NCBI GenBank assembly: GCA_964371045.1
Contig: CAYJMN010000003.1
Location: 1,459-65,458 of the forward strand
Length of the DNA: 64,000 bases
Direction of reading: 5' to 3'
Origin: an uncultured Chromatiales bacterium
GTDB taxonomy: Bacteria; Bacteroidota; Ignavibacteria; SZUA-365
Shown here: positions 49,101-59,400 of the stretch, piece after piece
Position numbering within the stretch: position 1 is the first letter of the stretch
Layout: the number at the start of each line of letters is the position of its first letter
The notes under the pieces: model-generated
Told to the model about the DNA's origin: nothing
What the model saw: only the letters and a program-made list of their open reading frames with translations
The model's database searches: none
Made by a program: the position numbers and the translations under genes

Positions 49101-51009
49101 TGTAAGACGCCGTAGCCAGAAATACCGATCGATCATGAACCGTGAGTGAATAACTGGCGTCACCACCATACCAGCTGCAAAAAAGTACAGAAGCCGTGGT
49201 TGGATCTATGACGGCTACAAAGGATTCAAGAAAGATCCCCATACTGGATTTGTTAGCAACCGCGCCAATGATCGGAAGATCGTCTGAATTGCTCAGTCCG
49301 GTAATGACAACTCTGCCGCAGGCATCGACATCCATCTCATGCAGCTGGTCACTTGCTGATCCTCCAAAATACGTCGAAAAGAGCAACTGCCCCTGGGGCG
49401 ATATACATCCGATGATTATTTCGTCTGATCCTGTGGGCGCGGTCTTGAATCCTCTAACGATCGGAAATCCCGTGGCAAATGTGGCAGATATTGTAAACGC
49501 GAAATAGAGGTTCCCGGACGAATCAAAGCGCATCACTCTCCGACGATATCCACCATAGCTGCCGGATGCCCCAGCCATATAGGAGGAAAAGTCGATCTCT
49601 CCTCGATCCGACGCGAGTTTCGTCATCACCGTCCCCCAAACACTCTGTGGCGTCGGTATCAGAGGCTTCACAATTGGATACCCAGGCTCGGATGTAAAGC
49701 CATTGACCGCAACCTCACCACGATCTCCGATGGCGATGCCGACGTACTCTTCATGTCCAGCCCCGCCCAGCATTGTCGCGTAGCTCATTGTCCAGTCGCA
49801 ACCCGAGTATTTCATGATGAAGCCGTCCTCTATGCCTTGAAGGACCTTGATGTACGCATCGGCCGTGATCATCGGTGGAGTAAAATATGTATGCGCGAAG
49901 AGAAACACATCACCCGTGGCGCCGACGGCCATGTCGGTGATTTCCTGCAGCTTCTCGGTCGGGATGTATGACACATACTCCTTTTCTCCGTTGGGATCGA
50001 GGATAACGAAGCCATAAGGGCTGTAGATCGTATCCCTTGCGTTGGGTGTCAGAAGATTCGCGAGATTGGTGTTCCACACGAGCAGGATCGTACGGTCAAG
50101 GATGCCGATTTCCATGTCCCGTACGGAATTTCCATAGAATGAGGATGTGAGTACAGTGCTATGAAGCACCGTCCGTCCGTCCGGTGCAATTTTCAGAACG
50201 AAAACACCATCGCCAAAATTGAATGGCAGCGAATCCGCGGGCACAAGAGGAAAATCAGGAGATTTCGTTGACCCTACCAGGGTCGGATTTCCTTCGCTGT
50301 CCACGCGCACGAATATGTTGCTCTCATCCTTCGTCCCCCCATGAAACATCGTAAATCCCACCGTCACCGTAAATGCGTACGGCCTCACGTACCCCCCGCC
50401 GAGCGTGACCTCGGTTGCACCATCGCTGGTTTGACGCACGATGGGCTTCACAACCGCATCGCCGCTCTCAACTTGGAGAGCGCCGACTGGAACGTTATCG
50501 AAGCGTAACTTCACCTGCGAGGGATCGGCCCCGGCGGCGACGTGTATCTCGTGCCGAAGCTCCCCGGCGTCGCCCTCGATGCGCACATCGATCCCCTTCC
50601 ACGCGTCGGCGTAGGTCAATGAAGATGTCGCGGGCAGCAGGGATTCGCGGGCGGGATTGGCGGAACCATCGATCAGTCGTAACGGCGCGACAGTCGCACC
50701 GCTTTGCACGGGACGCAGGTCCACACGCGTGCCGACCATCTCCATGGATGAAAATACAGGGCGAGGGTGTTCCTGTTTGCCATCGCCGGTGCCCGGGATC
50801 ACGGCCACGCTGTAGCCATTGTTCGAAAACGACACCGTCGGTCCGTACCCCATGCTCGCGGCCTTGACGCGGGCGTCCCATTGACCGTCGTTGAGCACGA
50901 AGGAGCGGGGAACCCGAATGTTCTCCACGCTTTGCGGTTTTTGGGCGAAACTGAGTTCCCCGATGAGCAGCAATGCGCAGACAAGAATAATCATCCGCTG
51001 AAACATCAT
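46192..51009 (-). CDS. giant SBBP-repeat surface protein with T9SS CTD (paralog C)
   Basis: Starts at the ATG at 51009 (or 51024). RBS ggagga. 1605 aa. Same architecture. Confidence 0.9.
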   Translation of the reverse strand: MMFQRMIILVCALLLIGELSFAQKPQSVENIRVPRSFVLNDGQWDARVKAASMGYGPTVSFSNNGYSVAVIPGTGDGKQEHPRPVFSSMEMVGTRVDLRPVQSGATVAPLRLIDGSANPARESLLPATSSLTYADAWKGIDVRIEGDAGELRHEIHVAAGADPSQVKLRFDNVPVGALQVESGDAVVKPIVRQTSDGATEVTLGGGYVRPYAFTVTVGFTMFHGGTKDESNIFVRVDSEGNPTLVGSTKSPDFPLVPADSLPFNFGDGVFVLKIAPDGRTVLHSTVLTSSFYGNSVRDMEIGILDRTILLVWNTNLANLLTPNARDTIYSPYGFVILDPNGEKEYVSYIPTEKLQEITDMAVGATGDVFLFAHTYFTPPMITADAYIKVLQGIEDGFIMKYSGCDWTMSYATMLGGAGHEEYVGIAIGDRGEVAVNGFTSEPGYPIVKPLIPTPQSVWGTVMTKLASDRGEIDFSSYMAGASGSYGGYRRRVMRFDSSGNLYFAFTISATFATGFPIVRGFKTAPTGSDEIIIGCISPQGQLLFSTYFGGSASDQLHEMDVDACGRVVITGLSNSDDLPIIGAVANKSSMGIFLESFVAVIDPTTASVLFCSWYGGDASYSLTVHDRSVFLATASYSGNMQPTPGMPGANPTGYDLLLTRLDIPGLCPRPAIPPVPAGLSTVLTVELDAIDTLFVDTLRRIASPTTFVLRARFTNVDSLPTPDSLLVLLRIPGVVRLLNGSSPAERYLSRIAPGDTRVLEWFFYTPFDSLLDVTSLRFLLRSSPSAPCPFTASAHLQLRVVFRDLSYSEVHCSVECFPEPEVGVQGLRLAHDTLHVRVRLRNLGDNIAPIKALNLIVPPGSGMMSLTPLQRSFPQLPPKSEREELFSFLVLSWQWNRDVTFMAALVDTFDFTMQYCEGTVRIPGVTGTVCTTPTPLTVIWDQISRTSNPHPVQVVLTIENPTDTTRFYTVDRLDFSRAPHLRLDTGEIEQRERFFVYDRNKRKQRWNLAVIPPINTDVSDTVAIVHITELDGKEHVCEAVVKIRMQRNEIVCDLQVPDSLEVDASTGLLRESDFTATAVFHNVGSIPLPLKEADILLPPDGMITLLDARLKGLHQLAPGERDTVSWSLRALSSPTERLSSIGVVAYAPDASEAARCEKTIFIPAVGIPCLVLAPDTVHYDILRGEYETDVFDVTLRLRNPTDTALVNVQVRLDTVSLKRSRLVGPAMPEQVIPILDAGNSVDVIWKLEPLWGATDEEERYIVSVDFGDRDVHATCDATRLIEGGPRDVSLRCSTAGHDTIWGDKFYEALIPDPLQLQYTVCNMGTMISKPCRIAIVLPAVLALAAGEDSVKMIPAILPGTSASAEWMLDIVQSQVAVGSVAVRWIADCDGQEAPLSCESTVTITARDPDGIVLTPWLLRFTAEHLGALPASKSVTLWTGGGPTPAWAVAQAPSWLSTIPLDGNARTVMSVQPVTTDLPLGDHFGTIELHPAPITPGDIQVVYSIISPLSVSDPLPVETVALYNSHPNPVVRGEIATVPYRVPVGSVSRISVRDVLGREILSRTEAASVTGEGSIVIDTERFWPGVYFISLRTASGEATRSIVVLP

Positions 51010-51220
51010 ACTCTCCTCCAACAAACGTTGCGGAATGTGCTTCTATGGAATGCATCCCGGCTGTTCCGCGCTACCAGGCAGCATCAGGCGTTGATTCAGC
51101 GTCTAGATCCCAGGGGAGGTTGATTAAGTGCAACAGGACCTCATATGTCCCGTTTCATGCGTTTCGGATGCTCTTATCACTCTTGCCAGTGAATCTACGC
51201 AGCTGTTTCGTCAAAGACAA

Positions 51221-51245
51221 GAAAAAACCCGCCAAGTGGCGGGTT
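51221..51245 (-). terminator. rho-independent terminator for the OMP gene
   Basis: On the minus strand: aaacccgccacttggcgggttttttc. Confidence 0.7.
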
Positions 51246-51273
51246 TGTATAAAACAATGTTGCTGAGACGCGA

Positions 51274-51990
51274 TCAGAGTTTCAGGACGATCCCCGCCAT
51301 GGCCTGCACACCGCTGAAGTCCTTCTGACCGGTAAACATTTCTTCCTTGTATTCTATCATCTGGTACTTGGCGGCTACGGAAATGCCGAACTCCGGTGAG
51401 AAAAGAAAATCGAGGCCCGCGCCGAAATACCAACCGAACTGTATGTGGGTGTCGTCGTCGTTCAATTCATTGCGCTCGGAGATCTGAAGACTCCTGCCTG
51501 TGAGTCCGAAATACGCTCCCAATCCCGCCATGGCATAAGGCTGGATGGGATTGTCCGGCAGCGGCGCCACCGAGAGGCCAACCGTCACCGGGATGATGAC
51601 GACCCATGAGTCGGCGGAAAGTATTTTGTCCGGATCAATCAGCGCGGTATTGCGAAGCTTGTAGGTGTAGGAGGAATACCATCCCGATACCGCGAGATCA
51701 ACGAAGAGCGGACGTCCGACATTGCGTCGGAAGTGGAAATCGAGTCCCAGCGCCTGCGACTGATCGATATCCCCGTCAGCGTCGTTGATCGAAACATCGT
51801 TGACCTTGAAATCCTTCTCCCAATCCTTCGGAAACCACGCACCCACACGCATGCTGTAATAATTTTGCTTCAACTGTTCATCTTGCTGAACGACGATCGT
51901 GGTTCTGTCGTCACGCGGTTTGTCCTGTTGCGCGTGGAGCGACGCCGTCGCGAGCAGCACCAACAGAAATAATGAAGTCACGGTTTTCAT
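51274..51990 (-). CDS. outer-membrane beta-barrel protein (OmpW/porin-like)
   Basis: ATG at 51990. Signal peptide MKTVTSLFLLVLLATASLHAQ. Alternating hydrophobic strands. C-terminal ...AGIVLKL with an aromatic/hydrophobic terminus. Confidence 0.75.
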   Translation of the reverse strand: MKTVTSLFLLVLLATASLHAQQDKPRDDRTTIVVQQDEQLKQNYYSMRVGAWFPKDWEKDFKVNDVSINDADGDIDQSQALGLDFHFRRNVGRPLFVDLAVSGWYSSYTYKLRNTALIDPDKILSADSWVVIIPVTVGLSVAPLPDNPIQPYAMAGLGAYFGLTGRSLQISERNELNDDDTHIQFGWYFGAGLDFLFSPEFGISVAAKYQMIEYKEEMFTGQKDFSGVQAMAGIVLKL

Positions 51991-52284
51991 GATGCCTCCA
52001 AAACTTTGATATTCAAGATTGCCAGTAACCACTCAGAATGAGCCGGCCGATCGCTCGACGCCGGTGTGGAAAATGTCATGTTAATTCATGTAAACGTAGG
52101 TAAAAGCTGCGAAATACGAAAACGTTCGAGACAATCGACACGGACGCGGATGAATCGCGGGCTGCTGCATGCGGGTTCCCGGTCCGGCTCAAAGAAGGGA
52201 TTCCCGGCAGCCACGCATCCGTGTCGATGGTTTCCAATTTCAATCGCAACTCCTACATTGCATCGATCATAACCTGAGAACGCT

Positions 52285-53196
52285 ATGGTGAAGTTTCGCA
52301 TTGGAACGTGCAGTTGGAAATACGGCGAATGGAAAGGGCTGGTGTATTCAGCGGATAAAGGGATCAATTTCCTTCGGGAATATTCCCGGATGTATGACAC
52401 CGTCGAGATCGACCAGTGGTTCTGGTCGCTCCACGCCGCGGACAAGATCTCCCTGCCGGACCCGCTTGTCGTACAGGAGTATGCGTCCAGCGTACCTGAG
52501 GATTTCGTCTTCACGGTCAAGGTTCCCAACAGCGTGACGCTCACCCATCTCTACGGAAAATCCAAAGCGGCGCCGCTTGTCGGCAACGACCACTTTCTTT
52601 CAACCGATCTGTTTCTCCGCTTCATCGACTCGCTTGACCCGATAAGAGGACGTATCGCTTCACTCATGCTCCAGTTCGAATATCTGAACAGAGAGAAAAT
52701 GCCGCAACGAAAAGTGTTTCTCGACCGGCTCGATGTCTTTCTCGCCGCGTGCCCTGCGGATATCCCCATCGGCATCGAAACGCGCAATCCGAATTATCTC
52801 GGCAGCGACTACTTTTCGCTGCTCGGAAGTCGCGGCGCGCATCACGTCTACCTGCAGGGATACTACATGCCGCCCGTCACTCAGGTGTACCGTGAGCATG
52901 CATTCGCAGGCTCACCGGCGGTGATACGGCTGCACGGTCCTGACCGCAAAGGCATGGAGGAAAAAAGCGGCGGCAAATGGAACAGGCTCGTCGAACGACG
53001 GGAAGGAGAATTGCGGGAGATTGGGGCGATGGTGACCGGGTTGCTCGTCCATGGCGTTGAAGTGATTGTGAACGTCAACAACCATTATGAAGGCTCGGCT
53101 CCCCTGACCATCGAGCGGTTTATGAATGTGCTGCGGCAGCTTGCTCAGGAGGCCGGGGTCTCGTTGCCACCTCGGGGCGGAAACATTGAAGCGTAG
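52285..53196 (+). CDS. DUF72 family protein
   Basis: RIGTCSWKYGEWKGLVY is the DUF72/UPF0759 N-terminal signature. Confidence 0.8.
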   Translation: MVKFRIGTCSWKYGEWKGLVYSADKGINFLREYSRMYDTVEIDQWFWSLHAADKISLPDPLVVQEYASSVPEDFVFTVKVPNSVTLTHLYGKSKAAPLVGNDHFLSTDLFLRFIDSLDPIRGRIASLMLQFEYLNREKMPQRKVFLDRLDVFLAACPADIPIGIETRNPNYLGSDYFSLLGSRGAHHVYLQGYYMPPVTQVYREHAFAGSPAVIRLHGPDRKGMEEKSGGKWNRLVERREGELREIGAMVTGLLVHGVEVIVNVNNHYEGSAPLTIERFMNVLRQLAQEAGVSLPPRGGNIEA

Positions 53197-53532
53197 GTAT
53201 GATCCGCTTCGCCGGACAAACGGCAGACGCCAAGCGCCAGAAGAAGGAAGGACGCGCACAGCAGAAGAAAAGCACAAGCGATGATGATAGCCATGACAAC
53301 CTCGATAAAGTGACTACGAGGTACACGTTGCTCATTCGCGTGTGGTGTTTCAACCCAAAAAAGAAAACCGGATAGTTTTTTGCGGTCATTGCGCCGTCCC
53401 CAACCTGCTCCCGCATACAGGTGGATCGGGCGCCGGTATCATTCAAAGCCGCATCCCATTTTCGCTTCGCCGGGTTCCTGTGCACCGACCTGATGGTTGC
53501 CGATCATCGCCGCGGCTCGCGTGCGAGGGAAG

Positions 53533-54300
53533 TCAATCGGGTCGTGATCGATCATGCACCGCCGCATGATTGTTGAACGGGCATGCCGTGGCGAGGCAGT
53601 CCCGGTTGAGCTTGCTGACGCCACAGAGCGTTCTGCCGCGGACCTGCATATTCATACCGTGGGTTTCAGTCAGGAATAGCGCCGCTTCCTCGATCGCGAG
53701 CGAAGTGTCGAGCTTGCAGCAACGCGAACGGACATCCCGGTCGATGCGCTCCATGCTTCGGCTCATCGCACGATTGCTCCACTGGCGGTGGAAATCCGAA
53801 TATTCCGAGGTTTTTGTCAGGACCTCGAAAAATATTCCGCTCCCCGTCGCGGCGCCGCATCCATGTTCGGTTCCGCACTGCCCGTCGTGCACGCACTCGG
53901 CTAGGATGCGCGCTTCACGGAGGCGTATTTCGCGTTCGTCCTCCTCGTCGAACATGTTGCTGTAAGCCGCGAGAAGCGCCGCGGGTACGAGGAAGTGATG
54001 GTCCGCCCCATTCATCCGTACGGAGGGGTGCCGCATCAGAACATCGGCGATGGCAAGGGGATCGCGTTCTGTTGTCCGCATGCAATGCCGCTGGATGAGG
54101 TCCATGGCGGATTGTGTGGCGCAGGTCTCGCACATGGCGTGCGCCGATCCGCATGTGTACCCTTCGCCTGTATCGTCTCCGCAAAACGTGCATGACAACG
54201 CGGGGATAGCATTCCGTGTGTCAAGTGCTTCGTCGCACAGTGCGCACGTCGTCGGATTATGATCGATCGGGACACGATTCCTGATTGGTGGAATTGTCAT
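53533..54300 (-). CDS. Cys/His-rich hypothetical protein (possible metal-binding)
   Basis: 255 aa with many CxxC pairs (CALCDE, CTFCGDD, CETCATQ). Confidence 0.55.
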   Translation of the reverse strand: MTIPPIRNRVPIDHNPTTCALCDEALDTRNAIPALSCTFCGDDTGEGYTCGSAHAMCETCATQSAMDLIQRHCMRTTERDPLAIADVLMRHPSVRMNGADHHFLVPAALLAAYSNMFDEEDEREIRLREARILAECVHDGQCGTEHGCGAATGSGIFFEVLTKTSEYSDFHRQWSNRAMSRSMERIDRDVRSRCCKLDTSLAIEEAALFLTETHGMNMQVRGRTLCGVSKLNRDCLATACPFNNHAAVHDRSRPD

Positions 54301-54303
54301 AGG

Positions 54304-56358
54304 CTACTCGATCGGTGTTTCAACAATGATGCTCACAGTCCTGCAATAGAATCGGCCTTCGGGCAAATCGTTCGTGTGCATGGTTGTTTCACCCAGTCCA
54401 AGGGCTTTATCGAGCGGTTGCTCGAGTGCTCGCGCGGCGGAGCGCGCCCGTCCAAGAGAGAGGGGTTCATTGACGGAAGGCTCACCGATGCGATCGGTAT
54501 ATCCCGTGATCATGACCGTCGCGTTCGGAGCGATGCGCGGCCGTATCATGTCCGTGATGCGACGATTTTTTTCACCCAGTTCTTCCGAATTGAATTCGAA
54601 AAGAATGAGGTTATATCTGTCGATCTCCTTGTCGCCGAGGCGCTCGCGCCTTTTTTTCTGAATGGTCACTTGCTCGATCGGCAGGCTGTGCTTCGGCGAA
54701 CTCACCCTCTGCGCCGCGGCGTCGGCGACGTCGATGCGATACACCAGGCTCTCCGTGCCGCGCGGGATGGCCTGTCGTTCGCGCTCAACCATCCATTCGA
54801 TGGTAGCTGGAACGTCGCCACGGCCATCGAAGCGTCGCAGCGTGGCGCCGCTTTGTTCGACCGACACATTCCAGGAGGTCACGCCAGCCTGGCTCACGAC
54901 GTCGGGCTTGAAACGGACGACCGGAGGACTTACCGAGCGGAGTGTATCGTCGATGACGATAGGATCGAGGATACGCGGATCGTCAGATACTATTTCGACG
55001 CGCCGATTTTCTTCCACACCGTCAGGATCGCCGATGTTGGAGGGTTTTTCCGGGAGTCCGCGTGCATCGATGGTAATGCGCGAAGCGTCGATCGGCCATG
55101 TGGCGAGGAGATAATCACGCACTGTTTCCGCGCGGTTGCGCGAGAGTTCCAGATTCCCGGCTTCAATGCCTGCGTCAATATTCGTTCCTGTCAATTGCAC
55201 CTTCGCATTGGGATACAATCCCATGCGCTGGCCGATGATGTTCAAAATGTTATGATACGTACCGAGGATATCGTGATTCTTCAGCGACACGATATCGAAC
55301 GATTGCGCCGCCGCATTGCTGAGACGCTCGTACCGATGAGGAAGCACGGCGCTGTTCTCGTCGAAGAAGACATAATGCAGAAGGGGACGCATTTCGCTTG
55401 AAATGAATTCCTCGACACGAATTGTCGCCAGGGGAGTCTCTTCTCCGTTCCGCTCGACCGCGACCGCGACAATGTCTGCTGCGAGCGCGGGAGGCGGGGG
55501 TGGAGGCGGAGGAGGAGGGGGCGGCGGGGGCGGTGGAGGAAGGGGCGCCTCTTTCCGCGCTTCCGGCCGATACAACACGCCCACACCAAGGCGAAGGGAG
55601 TTCGAAAACCAATCGAGATTCGAAGCCACCGGGGTAAGTCCGATGGAATAGAAGGCTTCAGGCGCGGCCATAAGGGTGCCGCGTTCGTTCAGCGGAACCT
55701 CATACCGCGCGCCGGCCACGAAAGATGCGGTGATGGACAAGGCATCGGGAATGTCCCCCGAAAATTCGTTTCTGGTGCGTCGCTGTTCATTGAAAAAGAC
55801 TCCCACATCGGCAGGATCGACGATGGTCTCGGCTTGCTCGAATCCCTTGTTCACGACAAAACCGATATTCGGTCCGGCCAATATGGAAAAATCTCCGAAA
55901 ACCTTCCAGGCGACAAGCGGTTCGAGGATGACTGCGGACAAGGAGGCGTCTATCGTATGCTCGAAACTCCCCTGCACCGCGGCGCCGTCGACGTTCACCA
56001 TGATTGGTTCAAGATAGCTGAGCAGCGCGCTGTAGTCATGCAAACCAAGCCTCAGCAAGAGAGCGAACTGGCTGGAAAAAGGCCATTCCACCATGAGGCC
56101 GAGCGCGTAGCCGTTTCCGTCGCCCTCTTCGAAGCGCGGACAACAATTCGGGATGCCGGGTAATCTTTGAAAGTTGGCCCCATGGAAATTGAGGGAGTAA
56201 TTCGCAAAGCCGCCATAACGAAGGCCGAGCGAATCGGGATCACTCTCCTCTTGCGCAAACCCTGTCACGGTGAACACGGCGTTGCACAGTACGAAGGCGA
56301 CCAGCAACGTGCGTACCGGATGCCATGATGCTACATCAGTAGACGGTTGAAATTTCAT
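54304..56358 (-). CDS. OmpA-family outer-membrane protein (beta-barrel + poly-Pro linker + OmpA domain)
   Basis: ATG at 56358. Signal peptide. N-terminal barrel-like region. Then (P)18. C-terminal ILFEFNSEELGEKNRRITDMI...ITGYTDRIGEPSVNEPLSLGRARSAARAL is an OmpA-like domain. Confidence 0.8.
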   Translation of the reverse strand: MKFQPSTDVASWHPVRTLLVAFVLCNAVFTVTGFAQEESDPDSLGLRYGGFANYSLNFHGANFQRLPGIPNCCPRFEEGDGNGYALGLMVEWPFSSQFALLLRLGLHDYSALLSYLEPIMVNVDGAAVQGSFEHTIDASLSAVILEPLVAWKVFGDFSILAGPNIGFVVNKGFEQAETIVDPADVGVFFNEQRRTRNEFSGDIPDALSITASFVAGARYEVPLNERGTLMAAPEAFYSIGLTPVASNLDWFSNSLRLGVGVLYRPEARKEAPLPPPPPPPPPPPPPPPPPALAADIVAVAVERNGEETPLATIRVEEFISSEMRPLLHYVFFDENSAVLPHRYERLSNAAAQSFDIVSLKNHDILGTYHNILNIIGQRMGLYPNAKVQLTGTNIDAGIEAGNLELSRNRAETVRDYLLATWPIDASRITIDARGLPEKPSNIGDPDGVEENRRVEIVSDDPRILDPIVIDDTLRSVSPPVVRFKPDVVSQAGVTSWNVSVEQSGATLRRFDGRGDVPATIEWMVERERQAIPRGTESLVYRIDVADAAAQRVSSPKHSLPIEQVTIQKKRRERLGDKEIDRYNLILFEFNSEELGEKNRRITDMIRPRIAPNATVMITGYTDRIGEPSVNEPLSLGRARSAARALEQPLDKALGLGETTMHTNDLPEGRFYCRTVSIIVETPIE

Positions 56359-56466
56359 AATCTCGTTCCATATCGCTGAATACAAACTGCGTGTTCGATG
56401 ATGCGTTCCGGCTACGTCTGTCGGCTGTGTAAGTGCATGAACAATTTCACGTGCACATTACGCTTT

Positions 56467-59400
56467 TTACCGCATTGAGGCAATCCTTCCTGATGAATGA
56501 ATTCCTTCGATGTTCCGCCCGTTGCGCGATCCGGCGGCTACCGATCGACATGTGACCCATCGATGCGTACGGCCAGACTCTTCCATGCGCCACTTCGACG
56601 CCGAACAGAAACCGGTCCGGAAAGCAGGGAGGGTATTCAGCGCGCCGGTTCGAATGACCCGTGCCTCGCTTTTTGCTGAACAACCTTGCTCGTTACGCAC
56701 GAGCACCTGATAGCTTCCACTCCGCTCCGCGACAAGTATGCGGTTCCTTGCCCCGGGAATTTCCTGCCCGTCGCGAAACCATTGATAGGCGGTCGACTGA
56801 AATGCTATCAATGTATCGCCGCGCTGTACGATCGTCGCTACGGGAGCAGTATCGACGGTTACATGGACGTTCGCTGCCACTGCTTCGCAATTCCCTTTGC
56901 CCTTGACTGTCACGGAATAATCACCGGAACGATGCACGCTGATGCTGCGCGATACCGCGCCGGTGGACCAATGGTACAGCGTGTACCCTGAGCCTGCGTC
57001 GAGTACGACACTGTCGCCCTCGCAAAATCGTAACGGACCCAGTGCGCTGATCACAGGCGTGGGCACGGGGTACACACTGACGGCGATAGCGGAACTTCGT
57101 CCTTCACAACCGACGCTGCTCCATGCGCTGACGGAATATTCTCCGGGTTCGCGGACAGCGAGGGAGGGTCCCTCCGTTCCGTCGGACCATTTATATTTCG
57201 TGAAACCAGGAGTGGCGCGCAATGTGAGGGTTTGACCTTCGCAGATGCCCGATCCTCCTTCATTGACGATAGCCACAACGGGTACAGGTTGTGCGATAAG
57301 CTGCACGGTATCGGTCATCTGACATCCGTTGGCGTCTGTCACAGTCACGGTATACGTCATGCTGCGACGAGGCGTGGCCACCGGAGTCGCCTTGTTCCGA
57401 TTATCAAGCCCCTCGGGGGGGCTCCAAAAAAAACCGAACGGAGGCGTACCTCCCGAGACGCTTCCTCCGAGTTGCACCGGCAAACCTTCACACACTGTCA
57501 ATTTCCGGGACATAGCGATCAGCGGCGGCTGAGACACCGCGACGAACACTGAATCGCGGGCGATGCAGCCTGTGGCATCGGTGACTGTGACGGTGTACAG
57601 CGTAAGTGCGCCCGGCTGCGCTGTGGTACGCGCCGCATTCGGACGCGAAAGACCCACCGCCGGAGACCAGGCAAAACGATAGGGCGCCTTGCCTCCCTTG
57701 ACCTGCGCTGCCAATTGCGCGGTCCCGCCAGGGCACAGCGTTACATCCTCATTCGCCTGAACGGATGGAACAGGGCGCACCTTTATCCGCACGGTGTCCG
57801 CGTCGACGCAGCCAAACGCATTGCGTACTTGCAGAACATACATTGTGCTGGCTGTCGGAGAAGCGAGCGGCGAGGGCGACCGCGCATCGCGAAGTCCGTC
57901 GGCCGGTGTCCACGTGAAGACAGCGCCGTTCGTGGTGTCGGATTTGCCTGAACCCAAGCGGACCTGCTCACCGAGACACAGATCCGCGTCGCTGCCCGCA
58001 TCCGCCTTATTGCACGGGGTAACGGCCACAACAATGGTTGCCCTTGCACGACAGCCTTTCGCATCGATCACGGTAACGGTGTAGGTAATGGTCTGTACGG
58101 GATTTGCGACTGGTGTAGGTGAGGCCGGATCACTCAATCCTTCGCGAGGAGTCCATTCATAGCGATAAGGGCGAGTGCCTCCGCTCACGGACAGCTCGAT
58201 GCGTTTTCCCTGCCCGCGGCAGACTGTCATCTCACGGGGGAGTATGATGCCGGGCGCCGGTGCGACGCTCACAGTCACCTGATCCGAGGCTGTGCAGCCG
58301 CGCGCATCCGTCACCATAACCGTGTATTGGGTGGATGATGTCGGTGCGGCGGTCGGTGTGGGGATGGATGCGTTATCGAGACCGAACGCCGGAGTCCACC
58401 GCCAGGAGTATGGAGGCGTGCCTCCAGTGGCCTGCGCCGGTATTTGATACGAATTCCCCGAGCAAATCGTGACATCCGCACCGGCACGCACCACGGGCGA
58501 TGATGTCGCGAATACGGTGACGACATCCGTCGCCACGCAACCACGCGTATCCGTGGCGGTGAGGGTGTATACCGTAGTCGAGACCACGGATACATTGGGA
58601 TTGAGCGAACGCGCCGAGCTGAGTCCCGTAGCCGGGGACCATGTGAATTTGTAGGGTGGACTACCGCCGCTGATGCGGGCATTCAAGGAAATCTGGCTGC
58701 CTGAACACAGAGATACATCCGCACCCGCATCGACAACGGGAGGATCGAGAATCGCGACATCCACGCTCCCCTGAGCTACGCACCCGACGGCGTCCGTCAC
58801 CGTGAGCGTATAGGTCGAGGTGACGGCCGGCGTAGCCCGGGGATTCGGAATGGTGCCTGAACTCAGCCCTTGAAGGGGGGACCAGCTATACACATACGGA
58901 GGACTGCCGCCACGCACCGCTGCGGAGAGTTCGGTGGAGCTGCCGCGGCAGAGGGTGACACGATCGGCGATGCGCAACACAGGCTTCGGCTGGACGGTGA
59001 CGCGCACCATCGTGGTGGCCGTGCAGCCGTTCGCATCCCTGGCCGTGACAGTGTATGTCGTGTTCTTTTGCGGTGTCGCGGAAGGTATCGCACTCGTGGC
59101 ATTGTCCAATCCGGTAGAGGGAACCCATGAATATCTGAACGGAGGAGTGCCCCCCATCGCTTCGGCGCCAATTCGCAGCGGCACGCCGGCACAGGCCGTA
59201 ACGTCGCCCTGCACCCTCAGCGACGGCTGCGGATGTACAGAGACCAGCACCGAGTCGATCGCGACGCAGCCGTTGGCATCGGTGACGGTGAGCGTGTACA
59301 GCGCCGTTCTGGAAGGTGCGATCCTGGGTGTTGGGGTAATAGTTGAACTCAATCCGTCTCCGGGATTCCACTTGATGATGTAGGGCGGCCTCCCGCCGCT

